Shown: positions 59,311-64,000 of the stretch, one piece after another
How the letters are laid out: every line of letters begins with the position of its first letter
Position numbering within the stretch: the stretch's first letter is position 1
Translations under genes and position numbers: made by a program
Notes under the pieces: generated by a model
What the model was told of the DNA's origin: nothing
Seen by the model: the letters and a program-made list of their open reading frames with translations, nothing else
Databases searched by the model: none
Origin: Octopus sinensis
Taxonomy: Eukaryota
Reading direction: 5' to 3'
Length of the DNA: 64,000 bases
Assembly: GCF_006345805.1 (NCBI RefSeq)
Contig: NC_042997.1
Location: forward strand, 195,238,001-195,302,000

Positions 59311-62300
59311 AGTGGACATTAATGAAAATCTGTATAAATTCTTGAAATCTTACAGAGCGAGAGAGACAAACAGAACAAATTTCAACTGAAGGATAACACA
59401 TTTTCCTATTAAATCACCAAGATAGATGTAACATATTAAGACTTTAAATAAGAATTACTTTCATCTTTGAAAGTACATAGCAACCAGAAATCGACATTTT
59501 AATAGAGTACATGACAGCTGGAAAATTACTTATAAATTTAACACGAAGCTCGTTAATGGAAATGCAGCGATTCTTTCTGCAGAAAGAAAAAAAAATTCCT
59601 CTATGTTATCAGGCTACTAAATTTGTGCGATTCCATATATACACATACATACGTGTGTGTGTGCATGCGCACTTAAGCCTTTCTACTAAATGCATAAAGC
59701 CGGAAATTAGGTGGGAGTGGACTAACCGATTACACTGATCCCAGCGTTTCGCTGGTACTTAATTTATCAACCCTGAAAGGATGAAAGGCATAGTCGACCT
59801 TGGTTGAATTTGAACTCAAAATGTAGCGATGGGTGAAATACCGCTAACGATTCTGCCAGCTCCGCCGCCTTTTGTCAAGTTATATAGCAAAAACAATTTC
59901 ACATTAAACTGTTTAAATATTCAATACTCTTTGCAGAGTACATGTTTATTATATTTTTTGACAGTAACTTTGAAGTTTTGACCTGCTTTGTATTCAGTCA
60001 GACAGTCTCATGCAGGCTACGCAGGGCAAAACTTCAAAGTCATTTCAAAACTATCTTTGTTAAAGAATAAATATATATATATTTCTTTGCTACCCACAAG
60101 GGGCTAAACATAGTGGGGACAAACAAACGGATTAAGTCGATTACATCGACCCCAGTGCGTAACTGGTACTTAATTTATCGACCCCGAAAGGATGAAAGGC
60201 AAAGTCGACCTCGGCGGAATTTGAACTCGGAATGTAACGGCTGACGAAATACGGCTACGCATTTCACCCAGCATGCTAATGTTTCTGCCAGCTTGCCTTT
60301 TAAAGAATAAACATATACACACAAACACATATACGTAAGATACTCCCAAACTTTAGAAATTTAACTAATTACCTGTGCTGTTGTTACTAAGGCCAGTTTA
60401 ACAAATATATTAAATATATTAATATGTATACACAAACATCTGATTAGTTTTTCTGTTGTTATTGAAAAAATAGGTTTGACTCTTTAGCATTCTGATTATC
60501 AGATGTAATGTTTATTTATTCATGTTGTTCTGAATTACTCATGCATTATATCGCAGCTTTGTGATTTTGATGATGTGATTGTTTACTATTAGAATAACAT
60601 TGTCGTATAGGTGTGAGAGGCCAGATATGGCTAGCTTTAACAATACAAAAAGGTAGAATACTTGAGCCCGATATGGCTGCGAAAGAATTAAAATTTTATG
60701 TCGGACACTTATTTTTTAAGATCAGTCTATATCTAGCAGCAGATGCATACATCAGGTCCATGAAGCTACACTCTAGACTAATTCAAGCATGGACTTACAT
60801 GTAGGTGGCTTTTAATTTTATGAGAACTACAGAATTTCTGTAGCAGAGCAGATGTGGTAAAGAACTACTTTCTAGTAGTAGTACTATTTAGAAGGCCAAC
60901 CACTTTATATAAAATTACTGTTGATTAGATCTAGTTTAGTCCACTCACACAACTAACCTTCAAGACTCAGTGTAAATATTCTATTTTATAAAGGTCAGAG
61001 CAAACAAGGTGGTTCAGCTGAGTCAACGCATGGGCTACATTAGTGCTTGTTCCTTCCCTTGATAAATTTCTATTAGGTCAAATTTTATTTTGCACTTGTG
61101 AGGTGAGAATGTAGTTGTTCAATAAGACAGCAGTCTTTATAGATTAATGACCATGTGTATGAATAAAATTAAACAGTCACACAGTAGGAGTGGTCTCTGG
61201 TTTCTAGCTGTGCAAAAAGAATTACACTATTTTATGTACAAGTTTTTTTTATTTAGTATGATAATAAAGGAAATTCAAAATTTTATGAGATCTCTCTAGT
61301 AAAAAAATCATGACCTCAACTCATTGTGACCCTACCGGATCTAAATGGAGGAGGTATGGATAGGGGAGATGAGATTAAGGTGGCCAGCTGGCAGAATCGT
61401 TAGTACACTGGGTGAAATGCGTAGCGGTATTTCGTCTGCCGTTACGTTCTGAGTTCAAATTCCGCCGAGGTCAACTCTGCCTTTCATCCTTTCGGGGTTG
61501 ACAAATTAAGTACCAGTTACGCACTGAGGCCGATGTAATTGACTTAATCCGTGTGTCTGTCCTTGTTTGTCCTCTCTGTGTTTAGCCCCTTGTGGGTAGT
61601 AAAGAAATAGGTATGGATAAGGGAGATGAGCATATCCAGATTAGTGTCCTGCAGGAAAACTGGAGTGAAAAGATTATGTAATTGTTAGGATAAGTGTCTT
61701 TATAAGCAACAGATGAAGTGATTTACAGTAAGAGGACCACTTTATCCAAGCGCCGCCTCGACTGGCCTCCAAGCCGGTGGCACGTAAAAATCACCAACCG
61801 ATCGTGGCCGTTGCCAGCCTCGCCTGGCACCTGTGCCGGTAGCACATAAAAAGCACCCACTACACTCATGGAGTGGTTGATGTTAGGAAGGGCATCCAGC
61901 TGTAGAAACACTGCCAGATCAAGATTGGAGCCTGGTGCAGCCTCCCTGGCTTCTCAGACCCCAGTTGAACTGTCCAACCCATGCTAGCATGGAAAGCGGA
62001 CCTTAAATGATGATGATGATAGAGTATGGTTTGAGGGAGATTTAGCAGCAATATCTAGGAGGTGAAACTACTATGAAGAAGCTATCTCACTGGTTCACTA
62101 GGGTATATGTGCCTGAAGAAAGGACATATCTTAGGCGAAAGTACATTGACTTTACAGTAAAAAAAAAAAAGAAAATTGGAGTCATATACTATGAAATTTA
62201 CAGAATACATTAGGGAACATGGTGAATGCTCTCACTGATGGAAGGGGTCAGAACATTGGACTTAATAGGGTGAAAGAGAAATGGTGAACTGCATTATATT

Positions 62301-63732
62301 TGTATATGGAACTAGTAGGTGATGGAGAAGTTGTTGACAAAAACGAGACTACCTATCTAAGCATCAGTTTAATGTCTACTTTTTCCATGCTTGCATGGAC
62401 TGGAGGGATTTTATTGAGGCCGATTTTCTACAGCTGAATGCTCTTCTTGGCGACACCCTTACCTGTTTCCAAGCAAGGTAAATATTTCCCCATGGCCAGA
62501 CATGTTTCTGCAGAGTACTGGAAGTGAATGACACTGCTGATATGACAGTGAACACAACACAACACACAATGAGTTTCTTTCAGTTTGTTTACCAAATCCA
62601 TCCACAAGGCTTTGGTTGGCTCAGGGCCACAATAGAAGGCACTTTGCCCATGGTACCATACAACAGGGTTGAACCTGAAACCATGTGGTTGGGAAGCAAA
62701 TTTCTTAACCATACAACAACCTTTCACATGATATTATATATATATATATATAAAATCAAAATAAGCAACAAGGATATCCAGAGGTAATGCAGTACGATAT
62801 CCTTGTTGCTTATTTTGATTGCAATCACCCAATTTTGAATTATATGGATAATACCATACTAAATTCTGGTACCATATTCAACTGAATCTAAATTTTACCG
62901 AACATATATATATATATATTTCACATGATACTTTGGCAAGTATATATGTGTGTGTGTGTATTATGTGAAAGGTTTGGTTGAATACTACATACCACAAATT
63001 TCACGGAAAAGAAGGTGCAAGAAAGTATTTTACGACTATTTGAATAACCAGGCTTGGTCAAATTGAATTTGATTCGTCACTACAGATTTAGTGAAATTCC
63101 GATCGTATAAAGCAATGAAGATCCATTATTGATGAAATCATACAAACTTCAGAAAATATTTGTATTATTTTGCCTCACAATACAGAAACACACACACGAA
63201 AATCGAAGCTTAAAACGAAAACAAAACAAAAAAAACCCCATGTACCATCATTTACACCGTTGGCATCTAATCAAAGTTTGTTTCAGGGTCTACGGCCATG
63301 CTAGGGCACCACTTTGAAGGGTTTAATTGAACAAATCGACCCAGTACTTTTTTTTTAAAAAGCCTCGAACTTATTGTATCGGTCTCCTTTGCTGAAGCTC
63401 TAGGTTACGGGAAATTAAAAACAAGTATCACATAGGTAGACAACCACCTAAAACACGGGGTTTTTTTCCAGTTTCTGTCTGGTAAATCCACTCACAAAGC
63501 TTTGGTCGGCCAGGGGCTATAATAGGCACTTGTCCAAGGTATTAGGTTAGAAACTATTTAATCTCTCTCTCATATATATATATATATAGTGCTTGGAGTG
63601 TTCAGTTCACTCTAATTAAACCGATTTTAATTTCAATCAAAATTCATGTTTGATACATTTTCTCTCTAGCTGTGGAGTGATAGAAAGCAATAAGAAGATT
63701 AATTAAGTTCGAGTACTTTGCTTATATTTCAT

Positions 63733-63846
63733 ATCAGAAAAATATTAAAATAAACAAACACACACACACACATCAGGAAAATATTAAAATAAACAAACAC
63801 ACACACACACATCAGGAAAATATTAAAATAAACAAACACACACATA
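63733..63846 (+). repeat. About 3 copies of a ~39-bp tandem repeat (ATCAGGAAAATATTAAAATAAACAAAC(AC)n)
   Basis: Directly visible in the sequence. Confidence 0.9.
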
Positions 63847-64000
63847 TGAGAGAGATTAAATATTTTCTAACCTAATATTTTATATTAAAGATCCGACTTT
63901 AGTCCTACTTCTAAAACGAACCATTTCTGTATCGGTTTATAACAAATTTATTTACAAAAACTTTTTTTTCGAAAACTGATTAATGAAGTTAATAACTAAG

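Overview
AT-rich, repeat-dense animal genomic DNA. The SINE/MITE repertoire suggests an octopod cephalopod, probably Octopus (inference from recalled repeat motifs). The one protein-coding gene I can support is beta-catenin/armadillo (CTNNB1) on the minus strand: 15 coding exons from ATG 51951 to TAA 16132, all introns GT-AG and phase-consistent, 2541 nt, 846 aa. It has a probable ~2 kb 3'UTR and at least one upstream non-coding exon that I could not locate. The protein is near-invariant except for two strongly diverged patches, exon 5 (ARM1-2) and exon 8 (ARM6). Downstream of the gene, an intact tRNA-Lys(TTT) gene sits inside a 516-bp element with terminal inverted repeats, GG termini and an 8-bp TSD (Merlin-like). 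A second GG-terminal MITE family makes normal 8-bp TSDs in three copies, but its two fully palindromic ~600-bp copies are each flanked by 143-289 bp direct duplications that abut the termini exactly. The rest is a decayed mariner (DD34D), hAT, piggyBac-like and pogo-like MITEs, Helitron-like elements, RTE/CR1/RTEX/HERO-like LINE remnants, several SINE families, micro- and minisatellites, and long hairpins. Most ORFs in the supplied track are repeat-derived and non-coding.
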